A stretch of 63,954 nucleotides of DNA, counting the filler, from Elsinoe ampelina (Eukaryota), in NCBI GenBank assembly GCA_010093995.1. It is 6 parts of 6 records of this genome, joined end to end, with 100 filler letters (N's around TTAATTAATTAA, not from the genome) between each part and the next. Parts side by side here need not be neighbours in the genome. Positions count along the whole stretch, not along the records: positions 49,121 to 59,472 come from ML992573.1; positions 59,573 to 63,954 come from ML992598.1; 4 more parts are not named here. One strand, given 5' to 3'. Shown here piece by piece: positions 52,401 to 63,954 of this stretch. The notes under the pieces are model-generated. The model did not search any database. It was not told the DNA's origin and saw only the letters and a program-made list of their open reading frames with translations. A program made the translations under genes and the position numbers. The stretch's first letter is position 1. The number at the start of each line of letters is the position of its first letter.

Positions 52401-53655
52401 GACGCATTACTTCGTTTGCCACGTAGAGACTAATGTCGGCGTTCGTAGTCTGGGGGTTTATTCCAACCAAACAAGTGGTTGCATTCTCAAGTGCTGAGTC
52501 GATCAGGATGTCCTTCCGACTGGTCAAAAGAAGGTGTAGCTTGGGTGACTGTTGAGTAAGAACATTGGTTATGAAATGCAGTAGGCTTTCAAGATCACTG
52601 GCTTCGTCCAAAGCGTCGATGACGAGGTAAACGCTGCCAAAATTCGAATCGACGATGGTCGACAGAGTATCAACCAATTCCTGATCGTCAGGATGTGCTA
52701 TGAAATCCCTACACGTGCTTTTGGATTGTGCCGCTTTCCATTGCTTGATACCAGCTTCGGCAAGACGCTCGAGACACGTCGGAAACACAGCAGCTTGTTG
52801 AGTCAATTGTGTGAGTGTTGATCGCAGCAGCATCCCCAGCGTCGAGTTGACCTTGTCGCTAAAGTCGAAATGGAAATAGGCTGTGGCAATCCTTTCATCT
52901 TGTGCGCTCACTACCAGCAGCTCCTCGGCAGCGACAGCAGCAATGACTGATTTGCCACATCCGGGAATGCCATGCAGCCAGAGTGATGAGCCTGCGCCCT
53001 GTTTCCAGGATTTGTACTCGACACCTTGCAGGAACCAATTGGCGGTACCAGGTTCTCGCTTCTGGACGAGCATCTTACGCTTCGCTGTCTGATCAATACC
53101 ACCCAACCATTGCAGTATGGTGGAATAATGTGATTGCTTCTCCTGTTCAGCTGATTCATGCTGAGTGTTTTGTAAAGTGGTACGCAAGTCTGACGTGATT
53201 GTGCGTATTTCCATGACGGATACCGCAGTATCTGTGGCAAGAGCAGTCTCGATGCTATCCTTGATGCGAGAGATGTTTTGTAGAGTCTTGTTGACTTGAC
53301 TCTCGACGAGTGGCCACATGAGTCTTTTGCCGAGCTTGCGCCACTGACTTACAGGCTCCTGCAATTGTTTCTCCAGTAGTTTCAGCTCCGCCTTAAGCTG
53401 TGAGAATGAACCCCGGGGGCCATCCATCTTCTGTAGAGAGAGGAAGTAGAGTAGGTCGTTTGCTCTATCATCGTCAATCATACTCAGAACTCGCTCACTC
53501 GTATCTCTTGTGCTTCGCACTTCTTGAAGGATCCTCTTCACATCCCGAGGGGCATCCTTGATACCTTGGCTGTATTCGTAACAGAATGATATAATGGTGC
53601 CGCTAATCTGCACGACAGCAATGAGGCTGGCAGTGATGCTCAGTGGATCAGCCAT
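49488..53655 (-). CDS. Fungal NLR: HeLo-like/SesA-type N-terminus + NACHT + ankyrin repeats, with one in-frame TGA at 52263-52265
   Basis: MADPLSITASLIAVVQ N-terminus, Walker A GIPGCGKS, Walker B VIDALDE, intron 52324-52273, LPKSLAGTY..L winged-helix region and more than 12 ankyrin repeats. The spliced junction reads GMFR-stop-VECML. Confidence 0.88.
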
Positions 53656-54324
53656 TGTCAAGCTTGCCGCACCAACCGCGTGCAGATGCGATATGGTATC
53701 GTCTGAACAGTGTGCTTCTGGAAGATTGAAGAGGAGTTCTTGGGATCGTGATTGCGTGTCCCTTGGATGGGTCTGGTATGCTCATGCCCCTCCACACCGA
53801 CTGTCACGCCACCAAGGCGTAAGCCGCAGCGAAAGCGGCGTTCCATCGGACCACCCATTTCAGGTTTCGAGGGCGGCAGCGACGCAAGGCTGCAGCCGGG
53901 CGTGGTGCTTCCACTATGATGGCGCCAGGATCCTAGGAGCAGCGATTGATGATGAACAAGATGGCAAGAGGATCCGCACAAGCAAATGGGGCTTGGTGTT
54001 GAAAGCTCAAAGAGCAAGCCATTCTTGCTCATGGCCATGGTCAAACAGAAATGCACAATGATTTGCACCTCCTCGACCTGGGCAGACGTCTTGAGAATCA
54101 TCGACATTAAGGTAGCACCGACCTGGACTATACATATGAAGCTTTTCGTGCACATTTTGGCTTCTCATGATCTCCAATTGACCTCCAACCATCAATCTAA
54201 AAACTGTGGGTATCATATATATATATATCATGACTTTCATCCATGCCCATGAAAAACAATATGCACGTTAACTTCCGCATCGTTCCCCAACGCAGCCAAT
54301 ACTCCGCCTGCGTGCAAATCCGCA

Positions 54325-57324
54325 CTACTGCTTTGCCGGTGCCTCACTCCTCCTTCGTTTGAGAATGCCTCTAGCTTCCATTTGTACCGCATCATGCTTC
54401 TTAGCCCCAATCTCGCGCTCGACATTTTTCAGCTTCTCCCTGACTTGTCGTCTTGCAACTTCCCATTCCTCGCGATCCACGCCGCTTGCGGGGCTACCGA
54501 ACCCACTGCCTCCTCCAGCTGTGGCGGCGGACGACCCGGCGGGGATCTCCTCAGCTAGACGATCGGCCATTTGGGCATCGTATTCGCGCTCGCGCTTGCG
54601 GATAGCTTCGGGGTCGAGCTCGCGGGCGGTCGCGAGTAGGTCGAGACTTCCGCTGTCAGACTCCTCGTCTTCGTCGTCGCCATCATCGCTCGAGGATGAG
54701 GCGTATTCCATGTCAATCCTCTGAGGTGCAGCGGACGGCGGTGGTGCATCGGCGCTGATGGGGGACACGCTCATGGCGTCTTCGGCATCGCTGGTTTCAT
54801 CATCTTCCGGTGTAGTGTCGCCAGCTGGCATGAAGCAAGAGGCATCGGGAAGCTTGCTAGGAGGCAGCAACTCTGTCCTGGCGTCGACCAACTCCTTGTG
54901 GAAAGCCATGCGCGCGATACGACCTGATGCATCGTCGCTCTTTGCGAGGACTTCGGCAATATGGCTTGGATATTGTCGAGGTGGGTGACTGCGATGCTCC
55001 GTGGGCGCCGTCATGTCATCCAGACGAGAGTGGCGAGACTCTACGTTGATGGCGAAGTTGTCTGCAGGGTAGACGCCACCAAGACCTGATACCTCGAATT
55101 GGATTGCTCGACGATCCTTGCCAGCCTGAGATGATAGGGGTGATGCCTTGGGAAAGCTGACTTCTTGCGTTGCGGGAATCGGGTTGTCATCCAAATCCAT
55201 TGGTTCCGGAAGCTCGGCAGCAGTCGCTAACGGGCCCCTGATGTCCGAGGCTGGTGTAGCGGAACCAGAGTCAAGAGTCCCGACGGGTTGGGTGGCAACG
55301 CTGTGGTAAAGAAAAGCATTGTAGAGCATTGCATCCTCCGTCTTCGCATCACCGGACAAATCGGTGCAGAACTTGGCGTTGTTGTAGAAGATGATCGGAC
55401 CATTCTCGCGAGCCTTCTGGCGCTTGGTCGATGTGGTCTTGACGCCAGAGCTGGTCATGCCTGACGAGTCACCAGCCTGGACGATTGGGAAGGCTGATTC
55501 TGTAGTGTCTTCTTCGTCTGATGATGTGAAATCACTGTCGTCTTGACTGGTGTTGTGGTGGAAGAGTGGCGTGTAAGCTAGCTTCTGCTCTTGTCGCTCA
55601 AGCTCGCTTCTAAATGGTCTTGAATCCGAAGTGCTACCTGATTGTAAGATCTTTAGCCTCTTTCGTGGACTGCCTCGGTCGGAGGATACAGCATTCGACC
55701 CAGTAGCACCGATTGAAGGTGTCGTACCACCGTCGCTGCTCGTCTTTGTAACGGATCGACCACCTTTCCATCTGACCTTTCTCCCATCAGTCGACAATTC
55801 CAGCTTCTTGGAAACATCTTGAATGGCCTTGCGGACAAACTCGGGAGTGACGTTGATGGTATGAAGCTGAGCCATGTTGGTGAGAAGATTAAGATATATC
55901 CAGCCATGACCATCGTGTGGTGGCGACATGGTACTAGCACCAGGAGGAGAGAAACCAAGATGCCTGATGTATTGCATGTTTTCGGCGGGAATTTGAGCAC
56001 GGTAAGGATCGAGATCGAGAGGTCGTGTTGGTCGCTGCTCGTGTAAAACCTTCTTTGACGCTTTGGGCGACTCCTTGGTCTTCTTGCCCGTCTCTGCCTG
56101 CTCTGCAGCCTGCTGCTGGGCCTCTTCACTGGCGATAATTTCGGACATGATAAGTGCTTCTCGGAGACCTTCGATTGGCGCCTTCTGTCCAGAATTTTCC
56201 ATAGCAGTGCGGTCCATCTTTGCAGCCAACTGACTAACTTCTTGTTGTTGTTGTGGTTGATTGTTGCCAATTACAGCACCTTTGCCGGCAAAGATTTGCT
56301 CAAGTCGGCGGACGATCAACTTCTTCTTTGACTTCTCGGTCATGGCAGAAGGATGTCTAGGTAGAAAACCTTCGGGAATATCGTGAAGATACGTCTGAAT
56401 GCTCTGCTGCTGACGTCTCGCTGCCGAAGCCGAAGCAGGCTTCTTCTGCTTATCGGACATTGACTGATTTGATGAACCCTGACCGGATGCAGAAGCAGAA
56501 TGGTATGCCGAGTCGGCGAAAGCATTTGAAGCAGAGGATGAGCCTGACTTTTGTTGCGCCAATGTCGGTGCAAAGCTCTTGAACATGTTGTTCGTCGCCT
56601 CGGCTCCACTGGACTGGTTCAAGCCAAGAGCGAATTGTCTGAGCATCTCTTCCAACTCCTTCTTCTTCGACGTTGGCAAGCCATGTACTCTCACTTCGAA
56701 CAACTTCTGATCCTTCAAGTGGGAATCGTGGAGCTTTTCGTATGTTTTCAACTTTCTCTTCAGCTTCTTGTTTTCGATGGTGAGATCGTCAATGACACTT
56801 CTGAAGTCTTCTGTGCTGCTGTTATCAATACCTAGGTGGAGTAAACCTGTCCTCATAGGTAATGAACCTGGAGAGGGACCTATGCCAAGGAACTGGTCGC
56901 GAAGAGCACGAGCGGCGACGCCATCGGGTGGTGTTTCGTCCGATGACGAGTTCTGGAGGAAGAAAGGTGGTGAATCTATAGGACGTCAGCGATCGGGTTT
57001 CGAGCCATGACAGGCGAACGTACTGTCGACAAAGGATGTGCTGTTCCTGGACGCATGGTTGTTGGATTTCTCAAACCACTTCTCCGCATTACTGCTCTCT
57101 CCCGAATCATCCTTGCCCACCAAAGGCTTTAAGCTCGACGGCGAGCTGGAAGGCCGCTTGATAGGCTCCGGTGGATGCGAGGCGGGACCGACACCAGGTT
57201 CATGGCTGCGAGCACGAAGGGCTCTTGGTGAATGTAGTAGTGACACTGACTTGTGGGCCGGGGGTCGACGAGGATGTGGTCCACCAGAGGACAGGCTGTT
57301 GGTACTTGACGTATCGACGTCCAT
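54325..57324 (-). CDS. frq: Circadian clock protein FREQUENCY (about 983 aa)
   Basis: SGESSNAEKWFEKSN, coiled coil DFRSVIDDLTIENKKLKRKL, KKKLIVRRLEQIFAGK, EQRPTRPLDLDP, GWIYLNLLTNMAQLHTINV and FCTDLSGD. A 48-nt intron at 57023-56976 joins the two ORFs in frame. Confidence 0.96.
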
Positions 57325-57573
57325 ATTGGCGACGAAGTCGTTCAGGTACCCAGAACGGTGTTTAAGACTTGATCGCCGGTGTTATCCATATGGTGTCTAC
57401 GGTAATGTGGAATACAAGGTGCGGTTATTGCAGAGGCAAAGGGCAGGCTTGGTGATGGCGGCAAGTCGATAGTATCCAAATGAATTGTGGTAAAGACTTG
57501 TTGTAGTCTCAGAGTTGGTGAAGAGTTCAGGCGGGACGAAGGTGAAGGGGCGCTGTCAGGAGCGGCCAGGTAG

Positions 57574-57904
57574 GATCGAGATCCAAGTGACGGTGTCTGA
57601 CGGAGAGCAAAAACTCAAGGCGATGTGAGTTGAACTGTGGGTGGATGCTCTCCGTCGCAAATCGATCAGGTGAAGGAGTTCTCCCGAGATCCAGCGACCC
57701 GTCACGGTCGAACATCGCAAGGCGACTGGGGCATCGAAGGGCGCATCGGGGCGGAAGGCGAGACAGGGCGAGGAGAGCGTCGATGGGGGTTGATTGAAAA
57801 GGTTTGGGATCGAATGCTTCTGCAGACAAGACCGATCCACAGCCCAGATGCGGGAAGAGAGCGTGCGGATACATTTTTTTGCGGGACACAACGAGGTCTC
57901 GATC
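57574..57904. promoter_or_regulatory. Candidate White Collar Complex/light-response elements upstream of frq
   Basis: Four GATCGA/TCGATC hexamers (57574, 57662, 57808, 57899) within about 330 bp. Confidence 0.4.
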
Positions 57905-59472
57905 GCGGTGTGAGGTCGCGCAACCCTGCAATCGGACGTGGTGCGGAGTTAGGTCGTGCCAAGCTCAAACGGTCTAGACTTTCGCGAGGTGCAACATCTG
58001 TCGTTCGCGGGCCATCGACCCCGTGGCCTGATTGCCCTCGTCACACTCCTTTGTGTCGGTTGTCATCCGAACCCGCTGGTCCAGACGCCTCAGTACTCTA
58101 ATCGGACCCTCATCGACGATTTAGGCATTCATCTAGCGTCCGCAGACTTCTGGAATTACAGGTACACACACCTGTGGCCTGACCCGGGTGGTGTGATGGA
58201 ATCCGCACCTGATACAGTCCATATGAAATATTTATACATCGTCGATATACGAACCGGTCGACAGGGATGGGTTGTGAAGCACTAGGGGAATCAATGCTTG
58301 CTATGTCACGATCCATCTTCGATACAATGGTGGGTACTATTACTGCACGGAGAACACAGGCGCGATACCGATGAAAAGTCCCGATTACTCGTCCCTGGTC
58401 GGTTGGAAAACGCCTCTGCCCTGCCCTGGCATGGCTTGCGATGCCTCGCGAATCAGTGATGAGAATTGTCCGGGTGGTGACACCGACGGTTGCCGTGACT
58501 CCAGCCTTCAACCCCCTTCAGGTCACGACTAAGTTAATCAGAGCCCTGCAGCATCATCGCACCGGTCTCGCGTGGCTGTTGTGTCAGCAGAGCCTCATTT
58601 ACTTCTCATTCGAACCTTACCGCTGCGATATCGACGATTTCTTTTCTGATCATCGTGCGGCTCTGCGGGAAGCGCCAATGACGCTTGCGAAAATCTCCGA
58701 TCGTTCTTTTGTGGGTGTGGAAGCAATGCAGGGGCAGTTCGACCCTTGCTTGAATTTCAATATGCATGTAACTCGCATTCTATTCTCATACAGTACGCGA
58801 CTGTCTTTTCATGGCATATAAACGACTGCTCACTACCCGAGTTCCAACAACCTCGGAATTCTATATTTTTTCCTCGTGCGCTGGACGCTGTCTTACAGGA
58901 GTGGTACCATGTACACGGGACCCCCCCGTCAACCTATAGCCTCTAGCGCTCGTCACACCTCGATGACTTGTCCACAAGCGTTCATTACCCTCGCAAAGTA
59001 CGAGATTTACACTGTCGTGTGGTTGCTGGTGCGGGTGCGCTGTCCACTTGCGCGCATAAACCCAGTTGAAAGAGTTCAGCGACCGTCCCGTACTTCCCAG
59101 CATGTCTGATCATCTGCCAACGCACCCAACCCTACCGTCACGCCGGGTCATACCCAGAGGCTGATCGCAGATGTCGAAGTAAGTGCTAATCCGCGTAAGT
59201 TCTCAGTATCCATGATGTGTCCGCGCTCTTTTCCGTATCCATTCAAGCGCTGTCAGAAGTGTGATCAATCACCGAACCTCGCCATCGCCAGGCTCGTCAA
59301 CAAAAATCTTCCACAACCTCCCCATCCATCCCCCCTCACACACCCTCCAAATACCTCACCCCCTCCCTCGCCCTCTCCCCCTTCCCCACCACCCCACCAA
59401 TCCCCTCCTTCACGCCCACCAATCTCCTCGTCCCCTCCTCCCACCCCCTCCTCATCTCCCCCACCCTCTCCA

Positions 59473-59572
59473 NNNNNNNNNNNNNNNNNNNNNNNNNNNN
59501 NNNNNNNNNNNNNNNNTTAATTAATTAANNNNNNNNNNNNNNNNNNNNNNNNNNNNNNNNNNNNNNNNNNNN
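59473..59572. other. Artificial contig spacer
   Basis: 44N-TTAATTAATTAA-44N. Confidence 0.97.
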
Positions 59573-59769
59573 GCGAGGGGTGATGTGCCGGGTATCGTGG
59601 CTCGCTCTAGGTAGGTTTGCAGGCGAGAGGGGTGAGTGTGCATTTTCGAAGGCATGTTGGATGGATGCTGGTAGAACAACCTGCAGAAACCCTGCCAGGC
59701 CAGGCGGTGGTTGTCGTGTCGGTCTTAAAAAGGCCCTGCTTGTTCAACGGCTGCGTGGGGGAAAGTTTT

Positions 59770-59925
59770 GGCGGGGGAAAGAGCTCGAGACCCAGCGACC
59801 AGATTCGAAAACGACGACTGTCAAACTTCAAACAGAACTATCAGCCAGGCGGGGGAAAGAGCTCGAGACCCAGCGACCAGATTCGAAAACGACGACTGTC
59901 AAACTTCAAACAGAACTATCAGCCA
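59770..59925 (+). repeat. Exact 78-bp tandem duplication
   Basis: 59770-59847 is identical to 59848-59925. Confidence 0.92.
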
Positions 59926-61928
59926 CAGAAAACAATTGTTCGCACAGATACCACAAGGGCAGAAAAATGGTTGTCTGCTTTGATGGGTCCGGTATCACTC
60001 CTTATACCCGGCCTGGTTCTTCACCGACCCGACCGACAAGACGCTTGACAGCTGCCGCAAGGAGCTCTGCACACACCTTGGCCGGTCTGGCAGGTGATAG
60101 AGTGGAAGAGCTGATAAAATCAACTGTGCCGTATGCACGTTCGACAGCTTGTTGTCGAAAAGATCCCTAGACCTGGACGTCGATCATTGGGGATCCTTGT
60201 CGCGGTCGAGAGGCAGATAGCCTGAAACGGTATCTGATTGACAATGTCCGGAATGATGTGCAGCGGGAAGGGTCAAAGTCGATTCAGACCAGGGGACCTC
60301 AGCTCTGGCAAACACCGAGACTTGACGCACCGAACCCAAAACCACCACCAAACTACCGGCTTGACCGTGGTACGGGACGACTGGATCCGCTCGGAAGACA
60401 ATTGCCCTATTCTGGCGCTTCAACGAGGTTAATGTTCGGAAGTACTTGACCGAAGAAGCACAGGGATGGTTCATGGACCTGCTGATCCTGCAGTGATTCC
60501 CTGCAGCCCTTGTCAAGGCCTCCCCCACCTCACAATGCACAAGCATGCTCCAACTACGGCTCCCGGCAAAGAACATGCCGAACATTCGGAGACACAGCAA
60601 GCCCAGCAAGTCAGGCTCGCGCCGTTTCCCGTTGCCATGCCAGTTTCATCCAAGCAGGATCGAGTCCTCACCAAAAAATTGAGGTCATGCAGGGACCTTT
60701 GATGTGGCTGCAAGCTCCGGTGGATGTGCCACGGCGTGGCCCGGACCCCCTCCGCGATGATGGCGTCTTGCGCGGCTGAAGGGAGATCGACCATTGTTCA
60801 ATCGCGGGACATGTCCCTCGAGGCAGAAGATCGTCCCTGAGCATTTGGATGTCATTTTGAGAGGTCCACCGCGGCTCATAGAGCGGAATATAGCATCCGC
60901 GTTGAAGCACAAGTGATCAAGGCTCAATTCAGAGTCGGCACAGCTTTCGACCACGTCGCGGGCAATCTGACAGTGTAAGGCAGCCTCATGGAAAGTTCCA
61001 CATCTCATTCACGATCGCCGCGGAATGTCCTTCAAAGCTGTAAAATTGTAAATTCAACATGATCTTCAAGTGTCGAAACTCCTGGATCTACCACTGGAGA
61101 AGACGCGATTGGCCCTGCGCTCCCGGCAAACAGTCCACCATTCCCCCGCTGATTTATCGTTAAACGGAAATCGACCAATCCCCCGTCTCTCAGATTCAGG
61201 CCCAGCTTGGGTCGGTAATGTCAACGGAAGAACCCCAAATCTGTTTTCGATGCAGCCCTGTCTTTTTGGTGCTGACCTCCTGCATCAGTTATTTGCTCAA
61301 TCAGCCATGCCCACCACAGAAGGTGTCCGAACGATCTACCACTAGGTTGAACGAGACTCGTCTGTGAAGGAAGATATCTGGTCGATCAAGAACGCGTAAC
61401 GTGTCCATGTGTCTCGAGTTGATGCTTTTCCGTTCCTGAGTACCAACATTTCCTGACTGTTTCGCTGGAAGATTGCCCCGAGGTCATCGTGCGAGGAACT
61501 TCGAGCTTCGATTGTGGGCAGCAGCGATCATGATCAGGCTTCCCAGTCGATGTCAGTCAATTGGCCTGGAGATCCCTCGCTGCGCAACTCCTGTTAGAGA
61601 CACAAGACCACTCCACTCACTTTGTGATTCTGGGAAAGCGAGGGTCACGGGGGCACATTCCACGATCTCAATCTCAGTTACCATGGGATGCAACACCACT
61701 TCATCGGATTTGACCTAACGTCCAGAAGAACGATCACTCTCAGGTAGGGTAGTCCGACAAGCAGCGTAAGCGAACAGATCAGGTTGGTATGAAATCTCAT
61801 TCATGCGTTCCATTATCACCAACATCTCCCCGAGCTACATCCTCAGACTCTCCTGAAGTCTCTCCTGTGACAACATTGGTCACTCCGACTCTCTTCCGCA
61901 GTGTCGACTTCCAAGCCCGCGCTCAGGC

Positions 61929-62309
61929 TTAGGCGCAAGTCACACCCATGAAGGTATGAAGCTCGTGAGCAGCATCCCAAGCCTTGTAAGCACCGCACTT
62001 GCTCTCGCACTCGTTGCTGCAGCGACCGTACTCGCACCTGTAGTGCTTGCCCTCGAGCTTGCAGTACTGGTCCTTGCCGCCACGGCAGATGCTGTAGACC
62101 GGCTCGCGGACCTGGGTAGGTCAGTCATGGTGCAAACGAGGGATAAAGCAGGGACTTACGCCGCAGAATTCTGGGGATTTGTCGTTTGAGACGGTGTTGG
62201 GATCTGGGAGGACGACTGTGACAGGTGGCTTCTTCATGGAGGCTGGTGAGGCTGTGGCCATGTGGCTGGCGAGGCCGAGGGCGGCGAGCGCAAGGGCTGT
62301 GATCTTCAT
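61929..62309 (-). CDS. Small secreted cysteine-rich protein (110 aa, 8 Cys), effector-like
   Basis: Signal peptide MKITALALAALGLASHMATA; canonical intron 62159-62112 (GTAAGT..CTGAC..CAG); exon 2 VREPVYSICRGGKDQYCKLEGKHYRCEYGRCSNECESKCGAYKAWDAAHELHTFMGVTCA-stop. Confidence 0.88.
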
Positions 62310-63110
62310 GTTGTGTGTTGGTGGTGGTAGATGTGTGATGTGCGTTGTGTGGTGCGAATTTGTATGTGGGATGTTGTAAGAAGGAAGATTCTACAGACGG
62401 TGGGGACCAGCTTATTAGGGAGAACACACGAGGACGGTGGAGCAGAAGGTTGCTTTTGATATGGTGAGTTTATTAGACGAGAGGCTTCGCAGCTTACTGA
62501 GCTGTAGAGGGTTCATTGTCCTTCGATGGTTTAGTTCGGGGCAGTGTCATTAGGCACAACCTAGCTGGACGTCGAGCAACATCCTTCCGCTGGCAGATGA
62601 GAGCTGTCAGCCATGGCACGAGACTCATGCTCTATACTGCCATGCACAAGCTTCACTCCTGTCGACGACTTTCAGAGTATAACAGCTACCCCGCGAGTGG
62701 TGAAGAAGAAAGGAGAAGAGCTTGTCACACACAGCCAATGAAAGTCTGCGAACCATAGAGGAAAATTGGAGAGCACCGAATCAGCATTCCGGTGTGCCAA
62801 TTTACGGTCTCTCTCCAGTCGGATGCCTCTCCCTGAGCTTGAGGTAAGTAATGTTGGACATGAATTCCGCACATATGACCTTGCTCAAGAAGCTCTATCG
62901 AGACCGCGCAGGGCTTGCAGAAAGCTGAGCAAATGGCCTACGTCTTCCGGATACCATCATACACGAACATCAGAGCCATTCTTGTGACTGGGACACAAGA
63001 TCATGCAGATTGTTATCACGGTCTGTGATGAAGATGACTTGTAGTACTCGTCGTGAAGCTGGGACGCATACAGTCGTTTTGAGTTCAACCGAGCCACCCC
63101 GGGCTTGGCG

Positions 63111-63954
63111 TGTTATACTCCGCGTCGACCTCTCGTTATCAAATTTGGCTAGCTAGAAGTCTATAGAGAATACTGATAAATTAAAGCTGAAAAAAGGTGT
63201 AATAGTTGCTATACCGCTCTAATTAGGTTATTACTATTATAGTTAATTATTAAATAGCTAAATTAAAACTAGTAGACGTATAGTTCTTACTTACTAAAGA
63301 GTATACTAATTGTGCTATTTATGCTACTACTAAGGTAGCTAGAGCTATAATCCGCCGAATTTGACTATCCCTTAAGTTCTTTAGTACTTCTTATTCTTCT
63401 ATTAAAGCTTATATACTATACTCTTATACTTTTACTTCTTTCTTAGAAAATGTAAGTCCTTTATAGCTAAGCTCTTTCTATACTAACCTATCTAAGGAGG
63501 TAATAGCCTACCTAAACAATATTTCTACTACTTATCTTAACGAAGTTTAAGCCTTCTTAAGAGAGATATACAATTACTAGGTATACTTAAGTATAATTTA
63601 GTATATAATCTAGCGCTAGTAGTAGTCTTAAAAGGTAGCTAAGAAGGTAGTAGCTAAAAGAGATATAATACTTAGGGCGAATTAGACTCGAAGGTATATA
63701 CTTTAGCTAGTTAATAGAATTGTTTATATTAATAAGTTAGCTTATAATAAGTATATAGTATAGAGGAGATATAGGTAGGCGTCCGTTAGTAAGAAGTATA
63801 TAGATATCTAGCTAAAGTAGCATAGTAAGAGGTAGAGCATATTACTAGCTATTACTATTAATAGCTATCTCTCTAGTACCTTAATCTACTATAGATTAAT
63901 TACTAGTAAGATCTTTATTAGCTAGCTAATAGATATAATAATACTAGAGCTTCT
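63111..63954. repeat. RIP-degenerate AT-rich repeat, type unresolved, continues beyond the window
   Basis: Abrupt switch to TpA-rich, CpA/TpG-poor sequence from about 63145. Possible terminus at TGTTATACTCC (63111). Confidence 0.8.

Noticed and set aside
45035..57324. Clock cluster of frq with peroxiredoxin
   Set aside because: An artificial spacer at 49021-49120 separates them; they are on different contigs.
59212..59472. Extensin-like proline-rich ORF
   Set aside because: A by-product of a C-rich low-complexity tract running into the spacer; no other coding evidence.
59770..59925. CRISPR-like or repeat-protein array
   Set aside because: Only two adjacent identical units with no spacers, in a eukaryotic context.
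60184..61718. Possible gene or pseudogene among the short ORFs of the last contig
   Set aside because: No recognisable domain and no consistent splice model could be built.

Overview
Filamentous-ascomycete genomic DNA (spliceosomal introns, RIP-mutated repeats, frq, AA9 LPMO). The window is not one locus: it is six contigs joined by identical 100-nt artificial spacers (44N-TTAATTAATTAA-44N), and the four complete contigs fall in descending length (13022, 11207, 10873, 10352 bp). Adjacency across spacers is therefore not evidence of synteny. Recognisable genes: ALDH 3' end, RPA1 (truncated by a gap), a Pth11-like membrane protein, two Zn2Cys6 TFs (one interrupted by a copia-like LTR), DBP3, an APH-family phosphotransferase, a subtilisin, intron-containing tRNA-Asp, LSM4, a PPR protein, a SET protein, a carnitine carrier, 1-Cys peroxiredoxin, an AA9 LPMO, a HeLo-like/NACHT/ankyrin NLR, the clock gene frq and a small secreted 8-Cys protein. 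Mobile DNA: a MITE, two short-LTR retroelement families and two RIP-degenerate AT-rich blocks (one over 12 kb). Most notable are a single in-frame TGA replacing the conserved Trp of GMFRW in the otherwise open NLR, that NLR lying about 670 bp downstream of frq, the unidentified multi-ORF RIPed block, and an effector-like protein that the ORF track splits. I found no system I can call clearly new; these are leads to test.
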